A DNA stretch of 64,000 nucleotides from Monocercomonoides exilis PA203 (taxonomy: Eukaryota; Protista; Preaxostyla). Below, one piece after another: positions 37,092 through 51,543 of this stretch; position 1 is the stretch's first letter, and each line of letters begins with the position of its first letter. The position numbers and the translations under genes are program-made. The stretch is taken from positions 1 through 64,000 of the forward strand of contig LSRY02000074.1 in assembly GCA_001643675.2 (NCBI GenBank), read 5' to 3'. The notes beneath the pieces were generated by a model that had not been told where the DNA came from, made no database searches, and saw only the letters and a list, made by a program, of their open reading frames with translations.

Positions 37092-40000
37092 ATGATTAAT
37101 ATTTTATTAATTTTATCTTTGACCATATGTGCTTATTCATCTGGAATGGACGGTGCGCGAATAAAATTTATTTTTCTTTCCATCAGTATATTATTTCGTA
37201 TCATTTTTCAAAGATTACAAGCATTACAAATTTCATTATCATCTTGGATTGGCCGTGTGCAATATATCCAGGCCTTTGGGTGTTGGAACTTTTTGGACAG
37301 CTCCTGTTTATGACACGTTCAATGATGCAATCAATGAAATGTTTCTTAGCAACGGAACATATAACTCAACAACTCCATTTACGCGTTTAAATGTCAATAA
37401 GTTTATCACGGTAAGATTTTGATTTATTTGAAGTATTCTTTCAAAAAACGTGTATTTATATATTTAAGACATATTTAGCAGTTGCTTCTCCTTTAATAAT
37501 AATGTACGCAGTTATATTACTTTGGTGCGTGGGTTGGATTTCGATTCAGTGCTGTGCATTATGCACAACATATTCTGAAAAGCCACCTTGTACGTGCTGC
37601 TTTTGGACAAAAGGAGGGCCAAGGAGATCGTGGATTATTTTTACGAAAGCATTGTTCTCTGTTTCGACAATTTTGCTCATGTATGAAAAATTAAATTTTA
37701 TTCGTAATTTTTGAATGTTACGATTTTCACATTTCATAAATTATCCAACGCCGTGTCACAGTGTTGTATGTGTTCTTGCTGCGTCAACGTGCTTCGGAGT
37801 TCCAGCGCAATTAGATAAAGTTACGCCTGCAGTTAATGGAATATTGTCACACATGTCAACAATTGGAGAAAGCTTTGCTGAGCTGAATAAAGTTGTTCCT
37901 AATGCGAACACTGCACTGAGTGAGGTGGCAACGTCAGCTACGAGTCAATCAGAAACTGTGCTCACTCCATTTTCCGAGTTAAGTGGGCTTTTGAATACAT
38001 TCCAATCAGCTGTGAAAAGGCATGCATGCTTTTTGAGTGAGCGTTGATTGTCTGCTTGTGCATGTTGTTAAATGCACATTTAATAAGAAGATTTATTTAT
38101 GTATAATTAGCGTTCAATCATTTTTTTAAATTTTTGTTTTTGTTTTTCTCTTTTTTTTCTGGTTCAAACAAAATTTCTTTTTGAAAATCAATTTTCTATT
38201 TCAGTTTTTTGATATTTGTGATTTATTTTTTATTTTCTTTTGTGATATTTCACTTTATTTATGCTAACATTGGCATATGTCAATGATGATTTACAGCGAA
38301 ATTCATGCTTTGGAAACTGCTTCGTATGATGAATTATTTGTTGGGACAGGCTTGAACGATGCAATTAATACTTTCAAAGATATTTCATTTGACGTATGTG
38401 TTATTTCTGAGTAGTATATTGATTATGTGCTTATGTGCTTATGTGCTTATGTGCTTATGATTTTATGAGCTCTGAAGTTAACTTAATATTTTTCATGCTA
38501 TGTTTTTGCAATACTTTTACGTGATTTCTGTTTTGATGAAAAAAAAATTTTTTTTTCTCGTTAATTTATTTATTTATTTGTTTGTTTGTTTAATATTCCT
38601 CAGACCTCTTACACCCAAGGAGGTGATCCAGAGCTGAATGTTTCATTGACTAATGACACAGCATGGAGCATCTCATTCAAAGATATCATTTCTGATCTGA
38701 AGACAATCACAGACGATGGCCAAACATCGCTTCATTCATCGTCAAATGAAGATATTCCCTCTTTCGCCCCTTCAAAATCATTGGAAGAGATGAAGGTTGT
38801 TGTTACTGATGTTAGAGACATAATTAACAGGTTCACAACAGAACTGCAAAATTACACTGAAAAAGTTGAAAGGATTAACTCTGCAAGTAAAAGTTTGTTT
38901 TTTTCTTTTCTTTTCTTTTCTTTTCTTTTCTTTTCTTTCCTTTCCTTTTCTTTTCTTTCCTTTCCTTTCCTTTCCTTTCCTTTCCTTTTCTTTTCTTTTC
39001 TTTTCTTTTCTTTTCTTTCCTTTCCTTTTCTTTTCTTTTCTTTCCTTTCCTTTCCTTTCCTTTTCTTTTCTTTTCTTTCCTTTCCTTTCCTTTCCTTTTC
39101 TTTTCTCTTCTCTTCTCTTCTCTTCTCTTCTCTTCTCTTCTCTTCTCTTCTCTTCTCTTCTTTTTTTTTTATATTTTATTTTATTTTATTTTCTTCTTTT
39201 CTTCTTTTCTTTACATTTATGTTTATCTTTCTATTTCTGTTTCTTCTCTCTCTCTCTCTCTCTTTGATTTTTCTCGTTTTCATTTTCATTCTCTTTCTCT
39301 ATGTTTTATTCACACTTATTTCACAGAATTCATCGAATCAGTAGGCAATCCAATATTCGCAAATTCTTCTTCCTCCTCCTCCTCTTCCTCCTCCTCCTTC
39401 TCTGAAGCAATGCTCAGCTGGTCATACTCTGCCTCTGCCTTCAAAACACGTCTCAATTCCACCCTTCAGTCACTCAGCCATTTGAACGAGACACTCACAA
39501 ATGCCTTCAAAGACAGAGAAAGCATCCGGCTGCTGCTCAACCAGACGCTCTTTGAAGATCTGCTGGGGTGTGGGAACTTGCTGCCTGTGCTGAATGAGAC
39601 AGAGGCTGAAGATCAATACAGACTAGAAAATGGCTCGGGTGCAAGAACGTCAACAACAAGAGGAGTTAATGGAATAAGGGAAAGAAGGAGTGAAAATGAA
39701 GGCAATGAGTATAAGATATATTCAATGAAAGATCACAAGGGAAGAAAGAAGAATGTCGACTGCTCAACGGCTGATTATAACAATCCTGATTGGAGTACTC
39801 TTGGAGATTGCCATCCATCCAAGACAGACAAGACATATTATGCTAATCACTCGATGGCCAAGGAGTATTGTGCTTCTCTTCTCATCAAATGCAACAAAGA
39901 AGATACAACTCCAACAACCCCAACAACTTCTCTGTCTTCCTTTCATTCTTCCTCTTCCTCTTTCTCTTCATCTGCTCCAAAGACACGCAAGCCCACAAGC

Positions 40001-42718
40001 ACACTACCAAATGTTGTCGTTCCTGCTACTCTTCTTCCATTCAATCCAAAAATAGGTGCCGATACAGGAGGTTTATCCTTTAATGATATTCCAACAATAG
40101 TGGGGAGGCAGCAGACAGCAGCCAACACGCTCACAATTGCCAATTCTACCAGTGGGACAGCATCAGGAGAACATAGACAGCAGCTGGAAGAGGCATATGC
40201 CCTTGTCAACACCGAACTCTCATATTTTGTGCGTGATCTGAACAGTCTCAGAACACAGACCAACAATTCCTTAAGATCGTTCCAGAGTCAGGTGAATTCA
40301 CTGGCATCGACACTCAGCAACCTCGGCGGGAACTACTCGTCTGCACTGAACAGCACGCTTTTCAAGGGCATTGGAGTGTATTCACTCCCGAAGGCATTGA
40401 CAGAAGGATACATTCAGCCAGCCAAGCAGTATGTAGGGATGGTGTGCTATGCGTGTTTTGGGTACTTTGCAGTGATGGCAGTGATGGCTCTGCTGGACAT
40501 CTTGTTCGGGTGCATAAAGGGCAGCAACGGATACATGTGCTGCTCAATTGCTGTGCAGTTCATCTTGTCTTTTTTGTTTGGGGCGCTGCTGATGGCGTTT
40601 GGAGTGTTTGGGGGAATGTTTATGGATGCTCAGAGTTGGATATATGGAGGTGGATTGGAGGCATTTGCTACGTCTGAGCCTGCTGTGAGGTATGTGCAGA
40701 GGTGGTTCCCGTATTCAGCAGGGGCAAATGAAGTGATGGGAAGGGAGACGGAAATGGAGAAAGGAAGAGAAGAGGAGTGGAAGAGAAGAAGTGATGGATG
40801 GTGTGATAAAAATATAAATGAAGGAGAAGATGTGAATGATGACTTGGCTATTCATAATGTTTCATTGTATCTTTCTCAAAATGATAATCATTCATCATCA
40901 TCATCTTCTTCTTCTTCCTCTTTATTGTCATCGAATGAGAAAAGGACATTGCAGGAGGTGATCATCCAAAGTGCAGACTTCAGCATTCGCCGGCATATGA
41001 AGTTCAACCAGTCGACATATGTTGAATGCATTCATTCATTCCTTCAAGGCGATGATGGTGTCACATCTCCCATTGAGCTGGCCTTTGATCGGCTGCTGGA
41101 GAGGATGAAGAACGATTTTGCTGGACAGTTCTTGTCTTCTGATAAGAATATAAACCCACTCATGAAATGGATGGAGATCAGCATCAAGAATGGCAGTGCT
41201 AATGGCAATGGGGAGATGACAATGGATGCAAAGAATGATGATGAAAAAGTTAAAGTTAAAGTTGTTGTCGAAGAAGGAGAAGAAGCAGAGGAAGAAGAAA
41301 AAAACAAACCAAACAACTTCTCCTCTAGTTTTGCCTCTCTTGACTCCACACCCACCTCCTCAAAGAAGCTGTCACAGACCCCCAAGACACTCACAGACAT
41401 TCTGAAGGAGCTGAATGAGGATGTGAGCTACTCCTCCTCACAAGCACGTGCAGCAGTCATCAAAAACCTCCGCCCGTCGAAAGTGTCTGGCCCTCTCTTT
41501 GACTTCATGAACCCCATCTTCTACCACTCGGCATCGATGTTTGCGGTGACGTGGTTTGCCTCGTTCATCTTCTTCTGTCTGATGGTGCTGCATCTGTTTG
41601 CGCTGGTGTGTGGGCAGACGTACTGGCTGGACTGGGAGAAGATATTTGAGGAGCACAGAGAGAAGGAGAGGAAGAGGAAGGCGATGATTGAGGCACGAAA
41701 GAAGGCAGAGGAGGAGAAGAAGAAACAAGTGGCAGACGAAGTGAGGAGGCAGCTGGAGGAGCAGGAGAAGAAGAAGAAAGACGAGAAGAAGGCGAAGAAA
41801 GAGGAAAGGCTGAAGACAGCAGCGTCGATGGCAACACTAACACGGCAGATGACGAGGGGTTCATTGGGGACATCGAAGTTGGGGACACGAGGATCAACCA
41901 CGCCTCATCAGACACTGGATGACACGCTTGGGGGAGGGAGGAGTGGGAGTGGGAAGATAACGCCAGAGACATGGAGGAATGCATCAATGACACGAAGTGC
42001 CTCGCTGGCGATGATGTCAGCCCAGCAGATGCAGCTGGAGCAGCAACAACAACAGCAACAGCTCCAACAGCAGCAGCTGCTTCTTCTCCAGCAACTTCCT
42101 CCCACTCCTTCCTCTGCCCTGTCTATGCAGAGTCTGAGCAGTGTGGGTGGATTTGCAGGGGGACCTCTGCCACACTTGCCGAGTTCGTCGCATTTGGCGA
42201 GTCCATTCCAAAGACCACCAACCACACTCACTTTGATGGCACCTGCATATTCTGACCCAACAACAGCAGCAGCGTCAGCAGCAGCTGTGTCTCAATATGC
42301 ATTAGACTCAGCAGCAGCACAATCGATGCAGATGCAGATGCAGATGGCTCAGCCGGTCTCTTCTTTTGCACAAGTGAGCGATGGAATGGGACTGGGAACA
42401 ACAACGATAACTTCTTCATCTTCTGGTGCTCCTTTAACACCTTCTCAGACATCATCATCTTCTTCTTCTTCTTCTGCTTCTTCTTCTGCTCCTCCTCCTT
42501 CAGCATTAGCTTCTCCTTCATCACCTTCCTCTTCCTCTTCTTCTTCCTCCTCCTCTTCTTCAACATCTCCTTCCTCATCAACATCACCTGGACAAACAAC
42601 TCCAGTCTCACCAATGGCACCTTCAACAGCCTCTCTTTCCTCTCCGTCGCCTCTCAGAGCATCCTCCAACTTCAACTCAGAATACGACAGAACAGATGAT
42701 TTTGGCGATCCTATGTAA
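37092..42718 (+). CDS. Multi-exon pentaspan membrane glycoprotein, prominin/Tweety-like
   Basis: Signal peptide; TM1 followed by a Cys-rich loop (QCCALC..CTCCF); TM2; long N-glycosylation-rich helical loop; TM3-TM4 hairpin; second long loop; TM5 (FAVTWFASFIFFCLMVLHLFALVCG); charged and S/Q-rich tail. Confidence 0.65.
38900..39165. repeat. Intronic polypyrimidine pentamer microsatellite (CTTTT/CTTTC/CTCTT)n
   Basis: Directly visible; it explains the spurious F/S/L ORFs. Confidence 0.95.
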
Positions 42719-43272
42719 AAATGTTGTGATTATATGATTAATAAATAATAATAAATAAATAAATAAATAAATAAAATAAAATAAATGAAAAAAGGAAAGA
42801 GAGAAAGGGCAATGAAGATGGATGGAGTAGGAAAGAGATTTATTGATTGGAATGCTTTCTTTTCTTTTTCTTTTCTTTCTATCTTTTTTCTCCTTCAAAT
42901 ATGATTTTTTCTTTTATTTTCTTTTTTGAAGGAAAAAAGGAGGAAAGAAAAGAAATGTTTGATGTTTATTTGCAATAATTCATCGCTTTGAGAATTGCAT
43001 TATTTAATCGATGTTTTTTTTATTGATTTTGATATATTTCTATTTTATTTAATATTCTTTCTTTCTTTCTTTCTTTTTCTGTTTTATTTAATTCTTTTAA
43101 TTCTTATTTTTCTTTTTATTCTGATGGCAATGCATTTATTCTTCTTCATTTGTGTCTGTGTTTGTATTATTTTCAGCTGCTTATATCCATTTCTCAACAC
43201 ACTTTGCAGCATCTTCAGTTTTTCCATTGCCAAAGAAAGAAAGAAAGAAATGAGGGAAGAAAGTAAAAGAAG

Positions 43273-43304
<32 letters not shown>

Positions 43305-44478
43305 TTAATATTCGCTTTTATTTTGTTGTGCTATTTGTGAATATTTTGATTTTCTGTGCAATTGTTTCTATTTCTAATTTCTAATTTCTATTCTTTCTCT
43401 CTTTCTTTTTCCTTTCCTTTATCTTTTTCTATCTCTATTGTTATTTCTATTTATTATTAATATTATTAGTATTTTAGTAATTTTTATTTATTTATTTATT
43501 TCTGATGTGTTTCAAAAGCAAAAAAATTAAGAGATTAAGAGGCAATCATTTCCTTATGCTTTTTTATGCCATTCTATGCAATGAATGCATTTATTCCATT
43601 TTGTTACATTTTATTCCATTTTTATGACATTTTTATGACATTTTTATGAAATATGTATCGATTTATTTGGTTTTTTTGGAAATATACATGATTGTTTTAA
43701 GAATATATTTTGTTGCATTCTATCAATGATTAGCCTCATCTAAACATTCCATTTGTTTTTTCTTTTTCTTTCTCTTTCTATTTCTCTCTCTCTCTCTCTC
43801 TTTTTATTTTTCTTTTTATTTATTTATTTATTTTTCATTTTCATCATTTTTTATCAATTAAATGATAATATTGTTGTATTAATACTTTCCTTTTGTGCGT
43901 GTTATTCTGTTTGCAATTGTCAATTTTCATTTTTCTTTCTACACGCCTCGTATTTCATTTGTAATATATAGCTTTGTCTCCTTCTCCCTTTGCTTTGTTT
44001 GCTTTATTTCCTTTTTTTTGATTTGCACGCTCCTATGAAATGATAGAATTTTATTTGAATTTTAATGTTTGAATTATTATTATTATTATTTTTTTTTTTC
44101 TTGTGACATTATCAGAACTTCTTAATCATTCTCAATAACTAAGATTTTATTTTATTCCCTGTTATGCACTATCTTTTGAATTTTGAAAGTTTTTAGAGAT
44201 TTGATGTTAATTTTTTTTCAATTAAATTGCTTTTTTCTCCCTCCATTCTTATTTGTTCAATTTTCTCGAATAATCACTTCGAAAAATTTTTCATCTATAC
44301 TGAAAATCAAATTGTGAAATCGCATTGCAAAACTAAGTTTGTTTTTTTTTTGAAAAGTCAGCAATTATTTTGAAAAAGAAATTATGAATAATTGAAACAT
44401 GCACAAAAAAAGGAAGAAAAATGATCAAATACCTTAATTTATCTATATTTTATCTTTCGTAGAAATCAGAAAATAAAA

Positions 44479-45272
44479 ATGATTGATATTTCATTACATT
44501 TCGCTCAATCAAATAATAAGGAAGAAGATAAGCATTCCTTATTTTATATCGAAAAATTTAAGTGTGCTTTTTGATTCAAAATTCATTTTCATTCTCATTC
44601 AAATTTTCATGAACATTAAGAAATGATACAGTTAATTTTTCAGAGAAGCGAATACAAAAAGAACCTAATCAAAAATACATACCGGAGAACACTTTAAATG
44701 AACAAAATTGCCTTGCAAATCTTTCTACATGCATCTGCAATGAAAGGAGCATTGAAACAGTGTCACGGGCAATATGCTTTGTAATATCTAATTTTCTTCC
44801 TAATATTATACCTACAGATTGCTTGCTTCGCTTACAATTTCCTTCAAAACTTGGAGCTTTACCAGAAGAGCCACAGAACTTCACAAATAAACTTTTTGCC
44901 AAAATCTATCGTTTTTTATGCTTTGTTCAGGATTCGGTAAAGCTAACAGTAGCTGAACTAGCGCATGCATTTAACTTGATATGCCATTATATTCAATCAG
45001 AATGTGAATCTCATCCTGAAGGTGAGGAATGTGTAATTAATCATTCGACATTGGGAATGCTCTTTCTTTGTGGAATTATCATTTCCCTGAAAATGAATAG
45101 AGACCATGCTATTAAGAATTCTTTTTGGGCAAAAGCGTTGAACATTCCACTTGAAGTGCTGAATGGAAGCGAAGTTGCATTTTTAGAAAAAATTAACTTT
45201 TGTGTGTATCTGGAAGCAGATGAATATGCTCAACTCTTCTCGTCGCTCATTTCAGTTGAAGAGGAAGTATAA
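44479..45272 (+). CDS. PHO80/P-type cyclin-like protein
   Basis: LFLCGIIISLKMNRDHAIKNSFWAKALNIPLEVLNGSEVAFLEKINF cyclin-box motif. Probable intron 44562-44620. Confidence 0.8.
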
Positions 45273-47381
45273 TCAAGTTCTGCTTGTCTCTTCTGCTTTT
45301 TAATTAAAGTCTTAAACTTTATCTTTTTTTATTTTGTTATTCAAGAACACATAACTTTTCTCTTTTTGTTCTGTTTTCCCGAATGTTATTGTTCGGCATG
45401 GATGAGCAAGAAGTCCATCACTGATATTTTGTTTGCCTTAACTTTGATGGACATATTTATTCATATTTAGTTTGTGATTTTGCTTCAGAAGATCAAATTA
45501 TTTGCATGCACTGCTTATTGCATGTTGAGTGTTTTATATGGTTGGATGAATTTCTTATTGTTTTTTAACTCATGACATTTTCGTTGATGTTTTGTCATTA
45601 AATTTGATTTTTTTTTTTCAGATTTATTTACTATTCGTTCTCTTCTATGTCTTTTTTCTTTACCAAATGGAAATTTCTATTTAATTTTGAGGGCTTTTGC
45701 TTTTCTTTCCGAAAATTTTGATTTTTTTTGCATGGACAGAAAAGTAATTTATCTTGATGATTAGTTTTTTTTAATAAGTTATTATTGAATTTTTATTTAA
45801 ACATTCAGTGCATTTTATTTGTTTTTGTAAATGATTTTTGATCTCAATTGTCAGTTTTAATCTTCATGTTCTTCTCTAAATCCTCTTTTTAACAGTCTGT
45901 TACGAATTTTTTGTTTTCATCTTCATTTTTTTATTCTCTTCTCCTCCTGTTCTATCTTTCTTTATTTCAAAATTCTTTCACCTTCCTCTTTGAATATTTG
46001 ACGGCTTGCAAAATGTTAATGAATGCAAATGAATGGTTGTTGTGATAATGCTTTTTCGTATTCAAATTCGAATTTTTTTAAAAAAATTCCTTTCTTTTAA
46101 TCTTTAAATGCAAGATTCTTTTGTAAATTTGTTATAACGCCTTATTTATTATATTGCTCTGCATGGAATTTCATTTCTTCTTCGTTCTTCGTTCTTCGTT
46201 CTTCTTCACGTTGAATTGTGAAATATTTGTAGAGTGTTTGCTCCTTTTAATGAAATATTTCACAGAATCTTTTTTCTTTTTACTTTTTTTAAAAAAAAGA
46301 TGATTGTTCTTTATTTCCTGACTTCAAGATAGTTATTCATTTACGTTTTACACTTTCTCCTAATTTTGATCATATAATTTTTCGTCAGTCAATTGATTGT
46401 CTATTTTATTTTTTATTTTTATTTTTTTTTTCAAACGTTCTCTTTTTATCTTTCTTTAATTCAACAATTGAATAAATTTTTGTATCTGTTCATGTTGATT
46501 GGCATCTTCATTTGAGAGTGTTTGATAAACATTTGTCGTTTTTCGTAGTTCTCCATTATCACACGCTAAATGGCTCATTTTATTGAACGCCAGATTATTT
46601 TTATTTAAATAATGACAATTTGCAGAATAAGAAATATTCAATGAATTATTTTTATCGAAAACTTTTTCCAATGACAATAAGATTAAAAGGTGACATGAAG
46701 TGTCTTTCACCATGTTTAATTCTCATTTCCATAAATTTTATGTTTGCCGACAAATTATTTGATACTCATTGAGTTTATGAGGAAAAGTTGAGAAATCATT
46801 CAGAAAAGAAAGCAAACTTTATTGCAATTAACAAAAAAATGAAATGAAATGAAATGTTTCAAAAAAATGTGAAAAAATATGTTGTCGTATTCAACAACGT
46901 ATTTATTCCTTTTCATCAATGAAAACAACGCAACATCCACATAAATAAAATAGAATAACGTCGAATCATTCATAAAAAAATAAAATAAATTGCTTAAGGG
47001 GATGAAAATGAGAAGTTCTAAAAAAGAATTGACAGATTGGAAAATGCTTTTCCAGTCTACAACTTACAAAAGCTTTTGTTCCAAACAAATAAAACAACCA
47101 TTAAAGACAAAAGGAGAGAAATAAAACGAATTTCAATCTTTGGAGAATAATAATCAAAGAAAAATTTCATTTTCTCTTTATAAATAAACTCCGAATTAAA
47201 ATGGATTTAATTTGGAAGAAAACAAATAGATAGAAAAAAAAGAACCACAATATTTATGTTTAAGTATTGCCATTCTATTCCAATATTAACAGAACTTTTC
47301 AATCATTTCTTTATTATTGCTATTCATTATTTGTTATTTATCATTAAATTTTTTATTATTCTTAATTGAAAGAGGCATATT

Positions 47382-47775
47382 CTATTTAAGCCATCCAAAG
47401 AGAGACCATTTTGGAGTCTTTTGAGGAGAATCTGTGCTGGAAGAAGACAAAGAAGAAGAAGAAGAAGAAGAAGAAGGTGAAATGTTGGAAGAAGGGGTAG
47501 AAGAAGAAGAATGAGAAGAAGATGAGGAAGAAAGAGAGGAAGAAGATGTTGATGAAATAGCATTATGCAATGGATCCACAGTGAATGCAGCGTATGAGGA
47601 AGACGAAAGAGCATCTGCACTTCCCTTTGGAATTGAAGCAGAAAGGCCGTTTTTGTTGATGATTGCCTGCATCTGCTCAATCTGCACCACAAGAAATGCT
47701 ATTTGTGACTGGAAACGCTGCTTCACATCATCCAGCTCTTCCTTCAGACAGCGCAGTTCTCGCTGTATTGATGAA

Positions 47776-47806
<31 letters not shown>

Positions 47807-50800
47807 GAGAAAGAGAGAGGGAAAGAGAAAGAGAGGGAAAAGATGGAAGTAAGGTTGGAAGAATTGATAGTGATGAGAAGAATAAATTGAAAAGAGGAGT
47901 AAAAATAGAAGGAGTATTAACAAAAGAATAGAAAATGAAAAATTGTCATAGAAAATTTGATAAAGGAAAAATAACTTTCTTAAATTCAATTTCATAAAAA
48001 CTCTCCTTTTCAGGACAAATATATATGTATCACAAAATAATGCTCTCTCTAACATTTATTTATTTTTCTTACACAAACCTCTCTTTCCCCCAGCATCACA
48101 ATAGCTGTCTCCATTCTCTTCTGTGCCTTCATTCTCTCCTCCTTCTCCTTCTCCCATTTTTCTGCTTTCCTTTCTGCCTCTGCCAGTTGTGTGTGAGTTG
48201 AAGCTAGTTCATTCTGAAGAGTCTGTCGTGTGTTTAATAGATCAACCAGACGAGACTCAAGAATCTGATTGGAGGGAGAGGAATGAGAAGAGAAGGAGGA
48301 GGAAGAAGGAAAAGAGGAAGAAGAGGGAGAGAAGGAGAAAGAAGAAGAAGAAGAAGAAGGTTTGGAGAGAGAGAAGATGGAAGAAGAATTAGAAGAAGAA
48401 GAGGAGGAGGAGGAAGATGATGAAGATGAATGAGCGAATAGAGTGGGAGGAGTAAGAGCAGAGGCAGAAGTGGCAGAGCGAAGGGAGTTAGAAGAGTCCT
48501 GCCGATGGACAAGAGGAGGAGAACGTTGGCTGTGAATGGAATGAGATTGAGACTGAGATTGAGACTGAGATTGAGAAGAGAATGAATGCTGTGAAGAAGT
48601 CTGGGTGAGTGTGTGAGAAGGAGAAGGAGAAGAGGAGGAAGAGGAAGAGGAAGGAATTGATGGAGGCATTGGAATCTGAGAGAATGAAAGAACATCAACA
48701 GGAGAAGAAGGGGAAGAAGAGGAGGAGGAGGAAGAAGAAGAAGAATCAGAGAGAAGAGGAGAAGGAGGAGGGGAAGCAGAAGAAGGTGGAGGAGAAGAGG
48801 GAGGAGTGGTTGAGTTTGGAGAAGAGGAAGAGGAAGAAGAAGAAGAAGATGATGATGATGATGGCGACGAAGAAGAAGAAGAGGAAGAGGAAGTAGAAGG
48901 AGAAGAAGCACCGAAGGGAGTGGGAGAGAATGGATGATATGGAATGAGTCCTGTCAGAAGACGTGTCTCTAATTCGAGTGTGCGCTGCTCAGATGAATAC
49001 TTAAAGAGGAAGAGAAGATGGAGAAAATGAAAAGAAAGAAAAGAAATGACGTAAATAAATTAAATAAAGAAAATATAATTAAGAAAGAAAAATAAAGAAA
49101 ATGGATAAATCAAAATAAGATGGAATTTGGATTGAATTTTTGAATGGGATTACAAATATATAAATAAAATAAAATAAAACAAAACAAAAAAAATGTGAAA
49201 AGAATTCATAAAGAGGACATTAAATAAATGGATGAATGAACAAATGATATTATTCAATGAAATAAAAATGGAGATTAATAAAAGTTAAATCTCATCCATA
49301 CCAAAGAATCCTTCAATTCCTGTATTTGTTTGGTGAGTGAGTTGATAATGTCATCTTTCTTGTCTGTCTCAGAAAGAGAAAGTGAAGGAGAAGGAGAAGG
49401 AGAAGGAGAAGGAGAAGAAGAAGAAGATGATGATGAAGTGTTTTCTTCTTTTGTGGTGAAATCTGTTGAATTAACTGATTTAGATGGAGTTGATGGAAAT
49501 GTCTAACAAATACGACAGAAGTTTCATAAACACAAAGAAATCATAAGAAATGATAAAATAAGAAGAGAAAGCAGATTATTATTGTTATTATAAATAATTA
49601 TAAACAGATGTTGAATAAAAAAATAAGATATGAGAAGATAAAAAGAATTAGATTCATTCAATACAAATGCATACAGTTCCTTCTTCTTTTGCTTCAACAA
49701 ATGACTTTGCTTCTTCTGTCTCTTTTTGAATAAAATCGTCTTCTTTCATTGATTTCTCTTTCTCTCCTTCTCCTTCCTTCTCCTTCTCCTTCTCTTTCTC
49801 TTTCTCTTCTTTCTCTCTTTCTCTCTCTCCCCTCTCCTTCTCCCTCTCCTCCTCCATCTCTTTGCATTTCTTTTCCATTTCCTCTGCTTTCTTCTTCACA
49901 TTCTTCAGTTCCATTTCTATTTCTCCTTTTTCTTCATTCAACTTTGCTATTTCTTCCTCTTTGCTCTCAACTTCTCCTGTCAGCCGCATCACCTCCATTG
50001 CCAATCCGATCTCACTCCTCTTCTCTTCTTCTTCTTCTAATTCTTCTCCTTCTTCTTTCTCTTCTCTCTCTTCTTCCTCTTCTCCTTTTTTCTTTTCTTT
50101 CTTCGTTCTTTTGTCACTTTCAAAATCTGCTTTTTCTTCTTCAACTTTTCCATTTTTTGCATGAGTTTTTTGTTCTTCCTCTAATAAACCTTGCATTTCT
50201 TCTTCTTCTTCTTCTTTCTTTTCTCCTCTTTCCATGCTTTCATATTCTTTCTGTAGAGAATTTTTCTTTATTCCTCCATTTCCTCCATTTCCTCTTCTTC
50301 CTTCTCTTCCTTCTCTTCCTCTTCCTCCTCCTTCTTGTTTCTCTTCCCTCTCTTCCAACTCTTCCATTCTCCTCTCCATCCTCTTCTTCTCTCTTTCCCA
50401 TTCAAACGACCGCTCCAAATGCTCTGCACGCTCTTTGCTGATCTGTTGGCTCAGCCGGCGCGCTTCGGCCTTGCTGCTCCTCTGATTGAACAAGCAATGA
50501 GCATGTTTTAATATCACAAAATACAAAAAGAAGTCAAATATATAAATGATATTTCAAATTTTTATATTTGGATAAAAGATTAATTCGAAATAATATTTTT
50601 TTTTCCAAACAAAAATGGGTAAATGAAAAGAGCAATCGAAAGAAGAAATAACAACAAAAGTGCAAATGACAAAATATTTTTACAAACATGATCACTTTCC
50701 ATTTTCTCCAACTTCAGTCTCAGTATTTCTATTTCTTCAGAAAGGGAATTCTTTTCTGAAATTAATTTTTGGATAGTGTTTTTAAGTTCTTCCTTTTCTT

Positions 50801-51397
50801 GACTTTCGTGCTTCAGTTCTTCGCGCTTCAGCAATTTTTGTTCTTCTTTTTCTTGTTCCGATTTTCGTAAACGCTCTGTAACCTCGCGTGCAACATCAAT
50901 TGATTCACGCAATTTCTTTCTTTGTTCGTTCAATTCCTTTTGTAGCTGTTCGTTTTGTTTTTCTTCATTCATTAGCTTTGATTGACAATCAGCAAGAGAG
51001 TTATTAGTTTTCTGAAGGAGTTCTCGTTCTTTCAAAAGCAAGGCAATCTTTTTCTGCTCTTCACCTAATCTTCCACTAAACTCCTTTCGAAGTTCTTCAA
51101 ATTTTTTCTGTGTTTCTTCCGCTACAGGAGCATGTGCAAGTTTCTCTTGGCAAATTGACAAAGAAGACCTTTCCAGAAAAATAAATCATGATTTTTTTCA
51201 TTAAAAAAACTAAAAGCTAAATACTGCAATTCCTGTTTCTCTTTTTGAAGTGCTTCAACGTTGGATTCTGCCTTTGACAAGTCAGAAGATATTTTTTTAA
51301 TTTGTTCTTCTCTTTGCCGAAGCTCTGATGTAAGACGAGAAAATACCGTAGAATTTATATTTATTGTAGCTTGTTGTGGAGGGGACTTTTCTGACAT
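47382..51397 (-). CDS. Coiled-coil protein, TMF1/Sgm1-like golgin (multi-exon)
   Basis: Long heptad-rich exons. C-terminal RMETAIVMLGERE/ELRCLKEELDDVKQRFQSQIAFL resembles the TMF TATA-binding/Rab6-binding domain. Confidence 0.65.
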
Positions 51398-51543
51398 ATT
51401 TGTCTTTGATTTTAAAATAAAAACTACACAAAAAAGATAAAAAAATAACCGATCTTTTCTCTAATAAAAATTGTAAAGGTTCTAATAACACAAAAACTTG
51501 TAAAAAAAAATAAACTCTAAAATCACTAATAAATATTTGTAAT

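Noticed and set aside
38586-39344. Phe/Ser-rich 'membrane' ORF tail
   Set aside because: Read-through into an intronic polypyrimidine microsatellite.
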